Of a stretch of 64,000 nt of DNA, positions 1-11,551 are shown piece after piece. Where the stretch lies: assembly GCA_963707915.1 (NCBI GenBank), contig OY970178.1, forward strand, positions 1,152,001 to 1,216,000, in the 5' to 3' direction. Made by a program: the position numbers and the translations under genes. The DNA comes from Candidatus Eiseniibacteriota bacterium. GTDB lineage: Bacteria; Eisenbacteria; RBG-16-71-46. Positions within the stretch are counted from its first letter, which is position 1, and the number at the start of each line of letters is the position of its first letter. Under the pieces are notes generated by a model. That model was not told where the DNA came from and searched no databases. It saw only the letters and a list, made by a program, of their open reading frames with translations.

Positions 1-1549
1 CGGCGAAGCGCGTCACGCGCCAGAGGCCCTGCCCATCGATCCGGTCCCAGGTGTCGGTCGGCCGGTGGTAGTCCGCGTGGGCGCCGGTGAAGAGCATCAA
101 CACGGGCACCTGTCGCTTGTAGAACGAGGATTGGTCGCTCGGGCCGTAGCCGTCCCCCGAGGTCTTGAGGACGAAGCCGGCCGCGCGATTCACGTTCTCG
201 ACCAGTGCCGGGAACTCCTCGGCCGTTCCGGTCCCCATGACCATCAGCTTGTCGTCCTGGAGACGGCCCACCATGTCCAGGTTGATCATGGTCTCGACGC
301 TCGCGAGCGGCCGCGGCGGGCGGTCCACGAAGTGCGAGGACCCGACGACGCCCATCTCCTCGCCGGTGAAGGCCGCGAAGACCAGGTCGTGCTCCGGCCG
401 CCATCCCGCGCGGGTCCGCTCCGCGAGCAGCCGGGCCGCGCCGAGCAACGCGGCGGTGCCCGAGGCGTTGTCGTCGGCGCCCGGGTGGACGACGCGCTCG
501 TCGGGACGCAGCGAGCGCTCGCCGCCGAAGCCGAGGTGGTCGTAGTGGGCCCCGACCACCAGCACGCGCGCGGTGTCGCGGCCCGGGAGCAGGCCCACGA
601 CGTTGCGGATGCCGGCGCGCGTGCGCGCCAGCGTGACGGTCATCGTCACCGAGTCGGGGATCGGGAAGCCGCGCGGCCGGGTGACGCTGTCGATGGCCAG
701 CTGGGCCGCCAGCAGGCTGGTGCCCGCGCGGCGCATCAGCGCCTCGCCGAGCGAGTCCGCGAGCCAGCCCGCCAGCAACCCGCTCGACATGTAGCCCTGG
801 CCGTCCGCGCGCGGCCGGCGCACCGGCTCGCCGGCGTGCCAGCGCGGGCCGTTCACCACCAGCAGCCCCAGCGCGCCGTGCTCGCGGGCGTTGATCGCCT
901 TGGTGCGCAGCTCGGCGAACGGCGTGTTCACCGTGCCGTCGAAGCGGCTGGTCGAGTCCAGCTCGCCGGGTTCGTTCGAGAGCACCAGCACGATCCTGTC
1001 CCGCACGTCCAGCGCGGCGTAGTCGTCGTACTCGTGGCCCGGCGCCGTGATGCCGTAGCCGGCGAACACCACCGGCGCGGTGAGCGTGCCGTTGCTCGAG
1101 TATCCGAGCGGCTGGAAGGCGTCGCCGGCCTCGTGCCGCGCCCCGTCCACGAGGATGGCCGTCGGGCTCCCGACCTCCACCCCGGTGGTCACCTCGAAGC
1201 GCTGGCTCCAGGTGCCGCCGTCGCCGGCAGGCTGGAGCCCGATGTCCCGCATGGAACGCTCGATCCGCTCGGCCGCCCGCTCGAGCCCCTGCGTCCCGAC
1301 CCCGCGCCCCTCGAGCCCCGGGTCGGCCAGCTCGCGGACCAGCCCCAGCACGCGGGCGCTGTCGGAGAGCGCGCCCGCGACGGATGCTTCCCGGGCCACC
1401 GGTGCGGCGGCGACGGGCACGCGCCGGGGGGCGGCCGGCGGCTTCGGCACCCCCCCGAGGCGGCCCCGCTCGCCGATGGCCTGCGGGCTCGCCGCCCCGG
1501 CCGCTCCCAGCAGGAGCGCCGCCAGCGCCAGCGCCGGCAGGGACCTCAC
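1..1549 (-). CDS. M28 family metallopeptidase with PA domain, signal peptide; 3' end runs off the window
   Basis: Not in the ORF track; translated by hand from GTG at 1549, which overlaps the coaX stop (GTGA). N-terminus MRSLPALALAALLLGAAGA; motifs VVFAGYGI (PA domain), VVGAHYDH, GADDNASG, FTGEEMG, NLDMVG, SDQSSF and DYHRPTD. Confidence 0.9.
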   Translation of the reverse strand, partial: MRSLPALALAALLLGAAGAASPQAIGERGRLGGVPKPPAAPRRVPVAAAPVAREASVAGALSDSARVLGLVRELADPGLEGRGVGTQGLERAAERIERSMRDIGLQPAGDGGTWSQRFEVTTGVEVGSPTAILVDGARHEAGDAFQPLGYSSNGTLTAPVVFAGYGITAPGHEYDDYAALDVRDRIVLVLSNEPGELDSTSRFDGTVNTPFAELRTKAINAREHGALGLLVVNGPRWHAGEPVRRPRADGQGYMSSGLLAGWLADSLGEALMRRAGTSLLAAQLAIDSVTRPRGFPIPDSVTMTVTLARTRAGIRNVVGLLPGRDTARVLVVGAHYDHLGFGGERSLRPDERVVHPGADDNASGTAALLGAARLLAERTRAGWRPEHDLVFAAFTGEEMGVVGSSHFVDRPPRPLASVETMINLDMVGRLQDDKLMVMGTGTAEEFPALVENVNRAAGFVLKTSGDGYGPSDQSSFYKRQVPVLMLFTGAHADYHRPTDTWDRIDGQGLWRVTRFA

Positions 1550-2370
1550 GACCGCTCCTCCCAGAGGATCCTCATGCCCTGGAGCGTGAGTCCCTCGTCG
1601 ACGGCCTCGACGGTCTCGCACTCGGGGGCCACCACCTTCGCCCAGCCGCCCGTGGCGATCACCCGGGGCTTCCCCTTCATCTCGCGCGCGAGGCGGCGCA
1701 CCAGCGCGTCCACCAACCCTGCCGCGCCCCACAGCACGCCGGCCCGCAGCGACTCCTCGGTGGTGCGCCCGAGCGCCCGGCGCGGCCGCTGCAGCTCGAC
1801 ACGCGGCACGCGGGCGGCGCGCCGGAACAACTCCTCGGCCGAGGTGCCGACGCCCGGCGAGATCGCGCCCCCCAGGTAGTCGCCCTCGCGCGAGATGCAG
1901 TCGAAGGTGGTGGCCGTGCCCAGGTCCACCACGATGGCCGGCGTGCCGTACAGCGCGCGCGCCCCGATCGCGTTGGCGATGCGGTCGGCGCCCACCGCGC
2001 CCGGGTCCTGGTAGCGGATCCGGAGCAGGCCGCGCACGGACCCGGCCGTCACCTCGAGCGGCGCCCGCCCGGTGAACCGTGCGAGCGCCTCGTTCCAGGC
2101 CGTCGTCAGGTTGGGCACCACCGAGCAGAGCACGGCGGCGCGCGGACGCGCCCCCCGCCCGCCCCCCAGGATCCGCTCGAGCAGCAGCAGCGCCTCGTCG
2201 GCGGTGAGGCGCCCGCTCGTCAGGCGCCAGAACCCGTCCAGCGCGGCGCCGCGGAAGCGCCCCGCGACGGTGTCGCTGTTGCCGATGTCCACGGCCAGCA
2301 GTTGGTTGCCGCGGCCCGGCGCCGCCCGGCGGGTCCGGGTCGGGGTCCGGGGCGTGCGCCGCTCAGGCAC
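1546..2370 (-). CDS. coaX: Type III pantothenate kinase
   Basis: Motifs LAVDIGNS, GADR, VVDLGTATTFD, YLGGAISPG and VIATGG. Confidence 0.95.
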   Translation of the reverse strand: MPERRTPRTPTRTRRAAPGRGNQLLAVDIGNSDTVAGRFRGAALDGFWRLTSGRLTADEALLLLERILGGGRGARPRAAVLCSVVPNLTTAWNEALARFTGRAPLEVTAGSVRGLLRIRYQDPGAVGADRIANAIGARALYGTPAIVVDLGTATTFDCISREGDYLGGAISPGVGTSAEELFRRAARVPRVELQRPRRALGRTTEESLRAGVLWGAAGLVDALVRRLAREMKGKPRVIATGGWAKVVAPECETVEAVDEGLTLQGMRILWEERS

Positions 2371-3142
2371 GGTCCGCCTCCTTCACGATGTCGGCGTCGG
2401 CGCCGGGCCCGGTGTCCGGCTCGCGCCGGCGCCGCGCCACGAGCCACGAGAGTCCGACGCTCAGGAAGTAGAGCCCGATCATCGGGGCCCCCATGATCAG
2501 CTGGGCCGTCACCACGTCGCCGGGCGTGATGATGGCCGTGAGCAGGAACACACCGACCAGGGCGTAGCGCCACTGGCGCAGCAGGAAGCCCGGCGTGACC
2601 AGCCCGAGCGCGGTGAGCGTCATCGTGACGAGCGGCAGCTGGAACACGACGCCGCAGGCCAGCGCCAGGTTGTAGAAGAACGAGAGCAGGGACCCGACGC
2701 GGATCTGGGCCTGCATGCTGGGCGTCATGAACCCGCTCAGCACGTGCACCACCAGCGGCGTGACGTAGAAGTACGCGCTCGCCGCTCCCGCCATGAAGAG
2801 CAGCATCGAGAGCAGCGCCATCGGCAGGATGAGCCGCCGCTCGCGCTTGAACAGGCCCGGGACGATGAAGCTCCAGACCTGGACGAAGACGATCGGCAGC
2901 GCGATGCACAGCCCGAGGAGGAAGGTCAGCTTGAGCCGCTCGTTGAAGGCCTCGAGCGGATCGAGCACGACGACTCGCCTCACCGTGCGCTGGACGATGT
3001 CCTCGAGCACGCGCGGCGCCAGCCACCAGCCGCCGATCGCCCCCACCGCGCAGGCGGCCAGCGAACGGGTCAGCACCTTGCGCAACTCCTCCAGGTGCTG
3101 GAGGAAGCTCATCTCCCCGGCGGGCCGCGGTTCGCCGCTCAC
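2363..3142 (-). CDS. tatC: Twin-arginine translocase subunit TatC
   Basis: Motifs MSFLQHLEELR, QVWSFIVPGL, FQLP and ITPGD; multiple TM segments; GTG start overlaps the birA stop. Confidence 0.95.
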   Translation of the reverse strand: MSGEPRPAGEMSFLQHLEELRKVLTRSLAACAVGAIGGWWLAPRVLEDIVQRTVRRVVVLDPLEAFNERLKLTFLLGLCIALPIVFVQVWSFIVPGLFKRERRLILPMALLSMLLFMAGAASAYFYVTPLVVHVLSGFMTPSMQAQIRVGSLLSFFYNLALACGVVFQLPLVTMTLTALGLVTPGFLLRQWRYALVGVFLLTAIITPGDVVTAQLIMGAPMIGLYFLSVGLSWLVARRRREPDTGPGADADIVKEADRA

Positions 3143-3993
3143 GGCCCCACCGCCCCCGGGGCGGTCTCGAGGTCGCCCGCCAGCACCACGGTCTCGGTGC
3201 CGCCCGCGAGCTCCAGCCTCAGCGCCCCGTCCGGGTCGAGGCCGCGCGCGACCCCGCTCAGCGTCCCGGCGGGCGTGCGCACGGTCACCGCGCGGTCCCA
3301 GAAGTCGGCGCGCGCGCTCCACCCGGCGAGCAGCGCCTCGCGCCCGCCCTCCCGCAACGCCGTCCACAGGTCCTCGAGCGCGGCCAGGAACGCGGCCGCC
3401 ACGCTCTCGCGGTCGGTCGCGACCCCGGCGAGCGCGAGCGAGGTCGCCGTCCCGGCGATCCCGGGCGGGAAGTCCGCGGCCGCCTGCGCCACGTTGACCC
3501 CCACGCCCACCACCGCCGCGTCGCGCGCCACCGCCGGTGCCGCCGCGCCTCCCGGCGGCGACGTGGGATAGCCCGACGCGGGCGGGACCCGCCGGCTCTC
3601 GCACAGCACGCCCGCCACCTTGCGTCCGCCGAGCAGCACGTCGTTCGGCCACTTGAGCGCGGGGGCGGCGCCGAGCGACTCGAGGGCCTGCGCCACCGCC
3701 AGCCCCGCCGCCAGCGGCAGCAGGCCCAGCGCACGGCGGTCGCAACCCTGGTGGAGCACGACCGAGAGCGCGAGCGACTTGCCGGGAGCGGTGTGCCACG
3801 CGCGCCCGGCGCGGCCGCGGCCCCGGAGCTGGGCGTCGGCCACCACGATCGTGCCGTCCGGCGCGTCCCCGGTGAGCGCTTCCCACGCCTCGTCGTTGGT
3901 GGAGCCGACCTCGGCCCGCGTCACCAGCGTGCGGCCCAGCCGGCGGGTCGTGAGCCGCGACCCGAAGCGCACCCGGTCGAAGGTGCTAGCCAA
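3139..3993 (-). CDS. birA: Biotin--[acetyl-CoA-carboxylase] ligase, no N-terminal HTH
   Basis: Motifs STN, Q..GRGRAGRAW, KWPND and KVAGVLCE. Confidence 0.93.
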   Translation of the reverse strand: MASTFDRVRFGSRLTTRRLGRTLVTRAEVGSTNDEAWEALTGDAPDGTIVVADAQLRGRGRAGRAWHTAPGKSLALSVVLHQGCDRRALGLLPLAAGLAVAQALESLGAAPALKWPNDVLLGGRKVAGVLCESRRVPPASGYPTSPPGGAAAPAVARDAAVVGVGVNVAQAAADFPPGIAGTATSLALAGVATDRESVAAAFLAALEDLWTALREGGREALLAGWSARADFWDRAVTVRTPAGTLSGVARGLDPDGALRLELAGGTETVVLAGDLETAPGAVGP

Positions 3994-4879
3994 CGTCCTC
4001 GATCTCCAGGCTCAGGTTGAGGGCCGGCGCCGAGTGCGTGAGCGCCCCGATCGACAGGTAGTCCACGCCGGTCTCGGCGTAGGCGCGCGCGGTGGCCAGG
4101 GTGATGCCCCCCGAGACCTCGACCTCGGGCCAGCGCCGCGCCCCGGGGGTCATACGCGGGCTGTCGGGCGGGTGCTTGCGGCACCACGCGTCCACCACCT
4201 CGACCGCGCTCTTCACCTCGGCCGGCGGACGGTTGTCCACCAGGATCCGGTCGACCTCGGGCCGCAGCGCCTCGCGCAACTGGTCGAGCGACTCGACCTC
4301 GACCTCGAGCAGCAGGTCGCCCTGGCGCGTGCGCAGGATGCGCTCGAGCGCCGCCGACACCCCGCCCGCCGCGCGGATGTGGTTGTCCTTGACGAGGTAC
4401 ATGTCCCACAGGGCGAGCCGGTGGTTGTCCCCGCCACCGCACTTGACCGCGTACTTCTCGAGGAAGCGCAGCCCCGGCGTGGTCTTGCGCGTGTCGAGGA
4501 TGGTCGCGCCGGTGCCCGCGACCTGGTCGACGAAGCGCCGGGTCAGGGTGGCGATGCCGCACAGCCGCTGGAGGAAGTTGAGCGCCGTGCGCTCGGCCTT
4601 GAGGATGCCGCCCACCTCGCCGGTGATCTGGGCCAGCGCCGCGCCGGCCTGGAGCCGGTCGCCGTCCTCGGCCAGCGGGCGGAACTTGAGCCGCTGCTCG
4701 GCCTCGCGGAAGGTGAGGCGCGCCACGTCGATCCCGGCCGCCACGCCGTCCTCGCGGGTCACGATGACGGCGCGCGCGTTCACGCCGGAGGGGATCGAGT
4801 TGAGCGTGGTGATGTCCCCGGTGCCCACGTCCTCGGAGAGCGCGTACTTGACCAGCGGCAGGGCGATGGCTTCGAGCAC
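3986..4879 (-). CDS. nadC: Nicotinate-nucleotide pyrophosphorylase (carboxylating)
   Basis: Motifs ALSEDVG.GDITT, ERTALN, DTRKTTPG, NHR, KDNH, EVEV, SGGIT and GALTHS. Confidence 0.96.
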   Translation of the reverse strand: MLEAIALPLVKYALSEDVGTGDITTLNSIPSGVNARAVIVTREDGVAAGIDVARLTFREAEQRLKFRPLAEDGDRLQAGAALAQITGEVGGILKAERTALNFLQRLCGIATLTRRFVDQVAGTGATILDTRKTTPGLRFLEKYAVKCGGGDNHRLALWDMYLVKDNHIRAAGGVSAALERILRTRQGDLLLEVEVESLDQLREALRPEVDRILVDNRPPAEVKSAVEVVDAWCRKHPPDSPRMTPGARRWPEVEVSGGITLATARAYAETGVDYLSIGALTHSAPALNLSLEIEDVG

Positions 4880-6985
<2,106 letters not shown>

Positions 6986-6994
6986 GGCCGCGCG

Positions 6995-7023
6995 ATGCTA
7001 CCCGAGCCGGGGCGGGGGGTCGA
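6995..7023 (-). promoter_or_regulatory. Putative sigma70 promoter of uvrB, near-leaderless
   Basis: TCGACC-N17-TAGCAT on the minus strand, 9 nt before the ATG; no SD sequence. Confidence 0.45.
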
Positions 7024-7054
7024 GCGGGCACGAAGGATCGGGCGGGCGTCACCT

Positions 7055-7349
7055 GCGGGGGCGCGGCACCCCGGTATGGGGGGGCGAGCCGAGGCACCCT
7101 GCGCTCGCCCCCGGCCATCCCCGCGCACCGCCGGCTCGTCGCCCGACCCCGGGAACCTGCCCGGGTGGCGCGGCGGCCGGTCGCCGAGTCGGGACCGGGG
7201 CGCGAGATGGCGCGGGGGCCGGAGACCGCGGTAGGCGAGCAGAGGCACCATGCGCTCGCCTACCACGGTCCCCGGCCCCCGCTCGCCAATGCCGGCCCCG
7301 AATCGCCGAGGCACCACGCGCTCGCCCACCGCGGTCCCCGGCCCCCGCG
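7055..7349. repeat. Three REP-like copies sharing the core GAGGCACCNYGCGCTCGCC; the middle copy is a 29-bp-arm hairpin
   Basis: Cores at ~7091, 7242 and 7308. Arms 7212-7240 and 7254-7282 are inverted repeats with 2 mismatches; 7242-7282 and 7308-7348 are near-identical direct repeats. Confidence 0.8.
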
Positions 7350-7353
7350 TCTC

Positions 7354-8703
7354 TCAGTACCGCACGCGCGCCGTGTAGCTCAGCACGGCTTCCTTGCCGG
7401 CCGCCACCGGGATCGCGAACTCGATCGTGCCGGCGTCCTTGCGCGTGAACTCGTGCGTCTTCTGCGTGATCTCGGTGTCTCCGCCCACGCTCTCCTGCAC
7501 GACGATCACCACGTCGCCGGGCTTGCGGTCGCGCAGCTTGATCTCGACGGCGTACTCGCGCTCGCGCTCGCTGATGCGCTTGTTGTACAGGTCGCGCCGT
7601 TCCGCCTTGAGGTCGAACGCGGCGCCCACCTCGAGCGTGAGCTTCTCCCCCTCCGGGGTGTGGGGGATGCTGGCCTCGCCGGTGAACTGCGGGGCGCCCG
7701 CCGGGTCGGTCTCGTAGATCCGCACGCGCCCGGCGGGCAGCGGCAGGCCGAGCCCGGCCTCCTTCGAGTCCACGACCTGCAGCTGGGTCATGACGCCGCG
7801 GGGGTCGCCGCCGCGGTAGACGTAGCGGGGCGCCACCTTCACCACGCGCGGCTCGATCATGGTGAAGGACTGCTGCTCGCGCCCGCGCAGCGTCGCCGGA
7901 CGGCCGAGCGTGTACAGGTGGTACTCGGAGAAGCTCTCCTCGCCGAGGTCGGGCGCGCCCGCCGCCTTCATGCCGGCGTCCATCGCCATGGCGCGCATCA
8001 TGGGCACGGGCCGCGCCTGGTCGCGGGCGGGCTCGCCCGCCACCAACTTGAGCGTGGCATCCACGAAGTCCCGGCCGGTGGCGTTCTCCACGGTCACGGC
8101 GGCCGACCAGACCGCCTCGCGCTCGCCGCGCCGCACCACCGTGTGCTCGGCGCTCCAGGAGAGCCCGCCGGTCAGGTACGACAACTCGGCGGAGGTGCTA
8201 CCCCGCCGGCCGTCCTCGAGCACGGCCTCGAGCGTGGGCCGCAGCGCGAGCCGCGCCGCCGGGGTGGCCAGCCGCACCGCCTCGACCGCGCTGCGCGCGA
8301 GCGTCGAGAGCGAGCCGTCGTCGGCGCGCACCACGAGCCACGAGCCGTCGCCGGCGACCAGCGTGCCCTCCGTCACGCGGTCGCCGCGCGAGCTCACGCT
8401 CACGCGCCGGCCGGCCGCGTTCTCGAGCAAGGCGTCGCCGCTCGCCGCGTCCCAGCGGTAGGCGAGCCGCGCGAGGCGCGCCGCGCCCGCGGGGACCAGC
8501 CGCACCGAGGTGAAGTCCAGCCGCTCGGGGAGGTCGGAGATCCGCACGGTGTCGCGCCCGCCCGCCAGCTCCAGCACGCGGGTCTCGCGCACGTAGCCGA
8601 GGTCGCGGGTGTAGACCGTGACGGCGGGGCCGGCGGCCGCGGCCGCCGTGGCCAGCACGAGGGACAGTCCGAGAGCGAATCCCGCAGCGTTCGATCGGTT
8701 CAT
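7354..8703 (-). CDS. Exported DUF4139 (DUF4140/DUF4139) family protein
   Basis: AGGAGG RBS, signal peptide, and motifs VTVYTRDLGYVRE, LSYLTGGLSWSAEH, EYHLY and PLPAGRVRIY. Confidence 0.85.
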   Translation of the reverse strand: MNRSNAAGFALGLSLVLATAAAAAGPAVTVYTRDLGYVRETRVLELAGGRDTVRISDLPERLDFTSVRLVPAGAARLARLAYRWDAASGDALLENAAGRRVSVSSRGDRVTEGTLVAGDGSWLVVRADDGSLSTLARSAVEAVRLATPAARLALRPTLEAVLEDGRRGSTSAELSYLTGGLSWSAEHTVVRRGEREAVWSAAVTVENATGRDFVDATLKLVAGEPARDQARPVPMMRAMAMDAGMKAAGAPDLGEESFSEYHLYTLGRPATLRGREQQSFTMIEPRVVKVAPRYVYRGGDPRGVMTQLQVVDSKEAGLGLPLPAGRVRIYETDPAGAPQFTGEASIPHTPEGEKLTLEVGAAFDLKAERRDLYNKRISEREREYAVEIKLRDRKPGDVVIVVQESVGGDTEITQKTHEFTRKDAGTIEFAIPVAAGKEAVLSYTARVRY

Positions 8704-8852
8704 CGTTCCTCCTGGTCTTCGTGGTGGGGCCGGCGGCGGAACCGCCGTCGGGCGCGGTCGGTTCGCCTTCGCGGCATCGGGCCGTGGATCGTCCGGGCTG
8801 GATACGCCGGTCGCGCGCGGGCATTCCCCGCCACCGGCCACGACGCGGGACC

Positions 8853-9746
8853 TCACGACGGGTCTCCCCGCGCCAGCCGGTCCGCGAAGGTCGCCGGTTC
8901 GAACCGGTTCGCGACCCACTCGAGCACCTGGTCGAGGGCGGCGAGCTTGTCGGCCAGCGGCAGCCGCATGCCCGGGTGCCGCGCCAGGCGCGGGTCCACG
9001 CCGTCCTCGGCGAGTCCCAGCGCGTCCACCGCGTGCAGCGTGTACGAGAGCGCCTCGCCGCGCCGGGCGAACCCCTCGATGCGCCGGCGCGTCGGCCCCG
9101 GCCCGCCCAGCAGGCGCAGCGTGTGGTAGACCGGCCAGCGCGCGACCGGCGTGACCGAGGCCGGGAAGCCGGCCAGCCCGCCCGGCGCCCGGGCGCGGTG
9201 CGGCGCACGCCCGAGCGAGTGCGGGAGCAGCCGCATGCGCAGCACCCCCGCCGGGTCGCCTCCCCGCAGCGCCAGCACGACGCGCGCGGCGGCGAGCAGC
9301 GGCGTCGGGTAGCCCGAGGCGTCGTAGCGGTAGCCCGCCGCCTGCACCTCGCCCAGCACGCGGTCGTCCACGTCGAAGTTGGGCGCACGGAAGCCTGCCA
9401 CCGCGCGCCCGATCGCGGCCTCGAGCACGCGCTTCGACTCCGCGATCTCGCGGCGCAACGCCTCGGCCGGCAGCCGGGTGAGCGCGAGCGGGTGCGTGAG
9501 CGAGTGGCTGGCCACCTCGTGCCCGGCGGTCGCGAGGCCCCGGATGGCCGCCGCGTGGGAGGCGGCGTCCCGGCCCACGCAGAAGAAGGTCGCGCGCACT
9601 CCGCTGCGGGCGAAACGATCGAGCAGGCGCGGCAGGGCCAGGTCGTAGACCTGCGGGTCCGGCGGGAGACCGCGCGCCCCGTACCCCAGGAGGTGCAGGT
9701 CCACGGGATCGACGTCCACGTTCACGGTGGCGAACGGACGGGTCAT
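8853..9746 (-). CDS. Polysaccharide deacetylase (CE4/NodB family)
   Basis: Motifs VNVDVD, ATFFCVG, GHEVASHSLTH, GFRAP and YDAS. Confidence 0.88.
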   Translation of the reverse strand: MTRPFATVNVDVDPVDLHLLGYGARGLPPDPQVYDLALPRLLDRFARSGVRATFFCVGRDAASHAAAIRGLATAGHEVASHSLTHPLALTRLPAEALRREIAESKRVLEAAIGRAVAGFRAPNFDVDDRVLGEVQAAGYRYDASGYPTPLLAAARVVLALRGGDPAGVLRMRLLPHSLGRAPHRARAPGGLAGFPASVTPVARWPVYHTLRLLGGPGPTRRRIEGFARRGEALSYTLHAVDALGLAEDGVDPRLARHPGMRLPLADKLAALDQVLEWVANRFEPATFADRLARGDPS

Positions 9747-9853
9747 CGGGACCCGCTCCCGTGCCGGCGAAGGACGCGGGCACCCGGCCGGCCGAAGCCG
9801 CCGGACGGCGGGCGCAGCACGCGTTCTCTCCCGAAACGTGGATGTCGAGCCAC
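9743..9853 (-). CDS. Possible 36-aa Arg-rich small ORF coupled to the deacetylase
   Basis: AGGAG RBS, GTG start, and a stop overlapping the deacetylase ATG (ATGA). Confidence 0.3.
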   Translation of the reverse strand: MARHPRFGRERVLRPPSGGFGRPGARVLRRHGSGSR

Positions 9854-10240
9854 GGCCGCTCCTGGGTGGACGGGCGAGGCGCGGTCTTCTCGACGCAGCG
9901 CCGCCTTCCTGAACATACGGACCACGAGCAGGGTGGGCAAGCCTCGCGCCCGCGATCCGGACAGGGCGACCCTGGCCGGGCGCCGGTGGACGGCGCGTGC
10001 TTCCCGACCGTCCCCGCCCGGCCTCCCTGCCGGCCCTGGCCGGGTTGCCCGCCCACCCCCTGCCCGCGTAGCCTGCGGCGCATGCAGGACTGGTGAAACC
10101 TGCCGCGCTCGCGCTGCAGAGGATGCGGGTTCCTGCCGACAACCTGAGGATGGATCCGTGGGCGCCCGCGGCCGGTTCGACCCGACGGGGCGCTCCAGGC
10201 TGCGCACCCCACTCCCCCGACTCCGGGCGCGAGGTGTCCC

Positions 10241-11551
10241 ATGCAAGCGCGCGTCGCTGTCATCGGCGGCGGCATCTCCGGTCTCGCCAGCGCGTTCCGG
10301 CTGTCCGGTCTCGGGCACCGGGTCACGCTGCTGGAGAGCGAGAGCTTCCTAGGGGGCCTCGGCGCCACCTTCCCGTGGCGGGACGGCCACCTCGAGAAGT
10401 TCTACCACTGCATCCTCCCCGACGACCGCCACCTGCTCGCGTTGATCGCCGAGCTGGGGCTGGGGAGCGAGTTGCTCTGGAAGCGCTCCCGGATGGGGTT
10501 CATGTACCGGGGCCGTACCTGGCCCATGAACGGACCGCTCGACCTGCTGCGCTTCGGCCCGCTCTCCCCGCTCGAACGCGTCCGGCTCGGCCTCATGGCC
10601 CTGGCGATCCGCCGGGACGGCCTCGACCCCGCGCTCGACCGCGTCACGGCCGGCGATTGGATCCGCCGCCGGATCGGCGAGCGCGCCTTCGAGGTCCTCT
10701 GGCGGCCGCTGCTCGAGGCCAAGATCGGCGACGGTCACGCGGGGTTGCCCGCGCTCTGGCTCACCAGCCGGATGAGCCGCGAGAAGACCGCGGGGCCCGA
10801 GGTCAAGGGCTGCCTGGTGCGGGGCTACCGCTCGCTCATCGACGCCGCCGAGCGTGGGGTGCGCGAGCGGGGCGCCGACGTGCGCCTCGGGGTGAACGTC
10901 CGCGCCATCGAGCGCGACGGGGAGGCCATGGCGCTGCGCTACGCGGACGGCTCGAGCGAGCGGTTCGACCAGGTGGTGGCGACCTCGCCCCTGCCGCGGT
11001 TCCAGGCGATGACGCGCTCGCTGCGGCTCGACCCCGCCATCGCGGACCTGGAGCTCGACTACCAGGGCGTGGTGAACAGCGTGTTCCTGCTGCCGCGGCC
11101 GCTCACCTCGAACTACTGGATGCCCATCGTGGACAGCGGCACCACCTGCCAGGGCGTGATCGAGATGTCGAACCTGGTCCCGCCGGAACGCTCGCAGGGA
11201 CTCCACGTCACCTACGTCGTCAACTACACGCACCGCAGCGGGCCGCTGTTCGCGCGCAGCGAGGACGAGGTGCTGGCGGCCCACCGCGCCGACCTGGAGC
11301 GGCTGTTCCCCGGCTCGACCCGTGACCTGGCGGGGGCGTTCGTGTTCCGCGCCCCGCACGTCGAGCCCATCTGGCACCTCGACTACGGCCGCCACGTGCC
11401 CCCGACGACGGTGATCCCGGGGCGGCTCTACCTGGCGTGTACGGCGCAGGTCTACCCGAGCGTCAACTCGTGGAACTCCTGCTGCGCGGTGGTCGAGCGG
11501 CTGGTGGCGGACCACGCCGCCGATCTCGCGGCCCCGGCGAGGCCCGCGTGA
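10241..11551 (+). CDS. NAD(P)/FAD-dependent oxidoreductase (amine oxidase/protoporphyrinogen oxidase-like)
   Basis: GGGISG dinucleotide-binding motif, LLESESFLGGL and EKFYH; GAGG RBS. Confidence 0.85.
   Translation: MQARVAVIGGGISGLASAFRLSGLGHRVTLLESESFLGGLGATFPWRDGHLEKFYHCILPDDRHLLALIAELGLGSELLWKRSRMGFMYRGRTWPMNGPLDLLRFGPLSPLERVRLGLMALAIRRDGLDPALDRVTAGDWIRRRIGERAFEVLWRPLLEAKIGDGHAGLPALWLTSRMSREKTAGPEVKGCLVRGYRSLIDAAERGVRERGADVRLGVNVRAIERDGEAMALRYADGSSERFDQVVATSPLPRFQAMTRSLRLDPAIADLELDYQGVVNSVFLLPRPLTSNYWMPIVDSGTTCQGVIEMSNLVPPERSQGLHVTYVVNYTHRSGPLFARSEDEVLAAHRADLERLFPGSTRDLAGAFVFRAPHVEPIWHLDYGRHVPPTTVIPGRLYLACTAQVYPSVNSWNSCCAVVERLVADHAADLAAPARPA

Noticed and set aside
6986..7054. LexA/SOS box upstream of uvrB
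   Set aside because: No palindrome matching a LexA motif that I know.
7055..7349. Repeats as a CRISPR array
   Set aside because: Only three degenerate copies, irregular spacing, long inverted arms and no cas genes.
10115..10142. TGCAG-N15-GCCGACAA as a fourth sigma28 promoter upstream of the oxidoreductase operon
   Set aside because: Both boxes deviate from the three good sites; too weak to call without a genome-wide model.
7354..10368. 1004-aa ORF, and similar long N-terminal extensions for tatC, valS, the PAS kinase and the mur genes, as fusion proteins
   Set aside because: The extensions overlap other real genes in different frames; internal starts with an RBS or stop-start overlaps explain the true genes.
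10241..11551. Calling the oxidoreductase hemY/hemG
   Set aside because: The fold is shared, but the context is glycosylation and I cannot support the substrate specificity.
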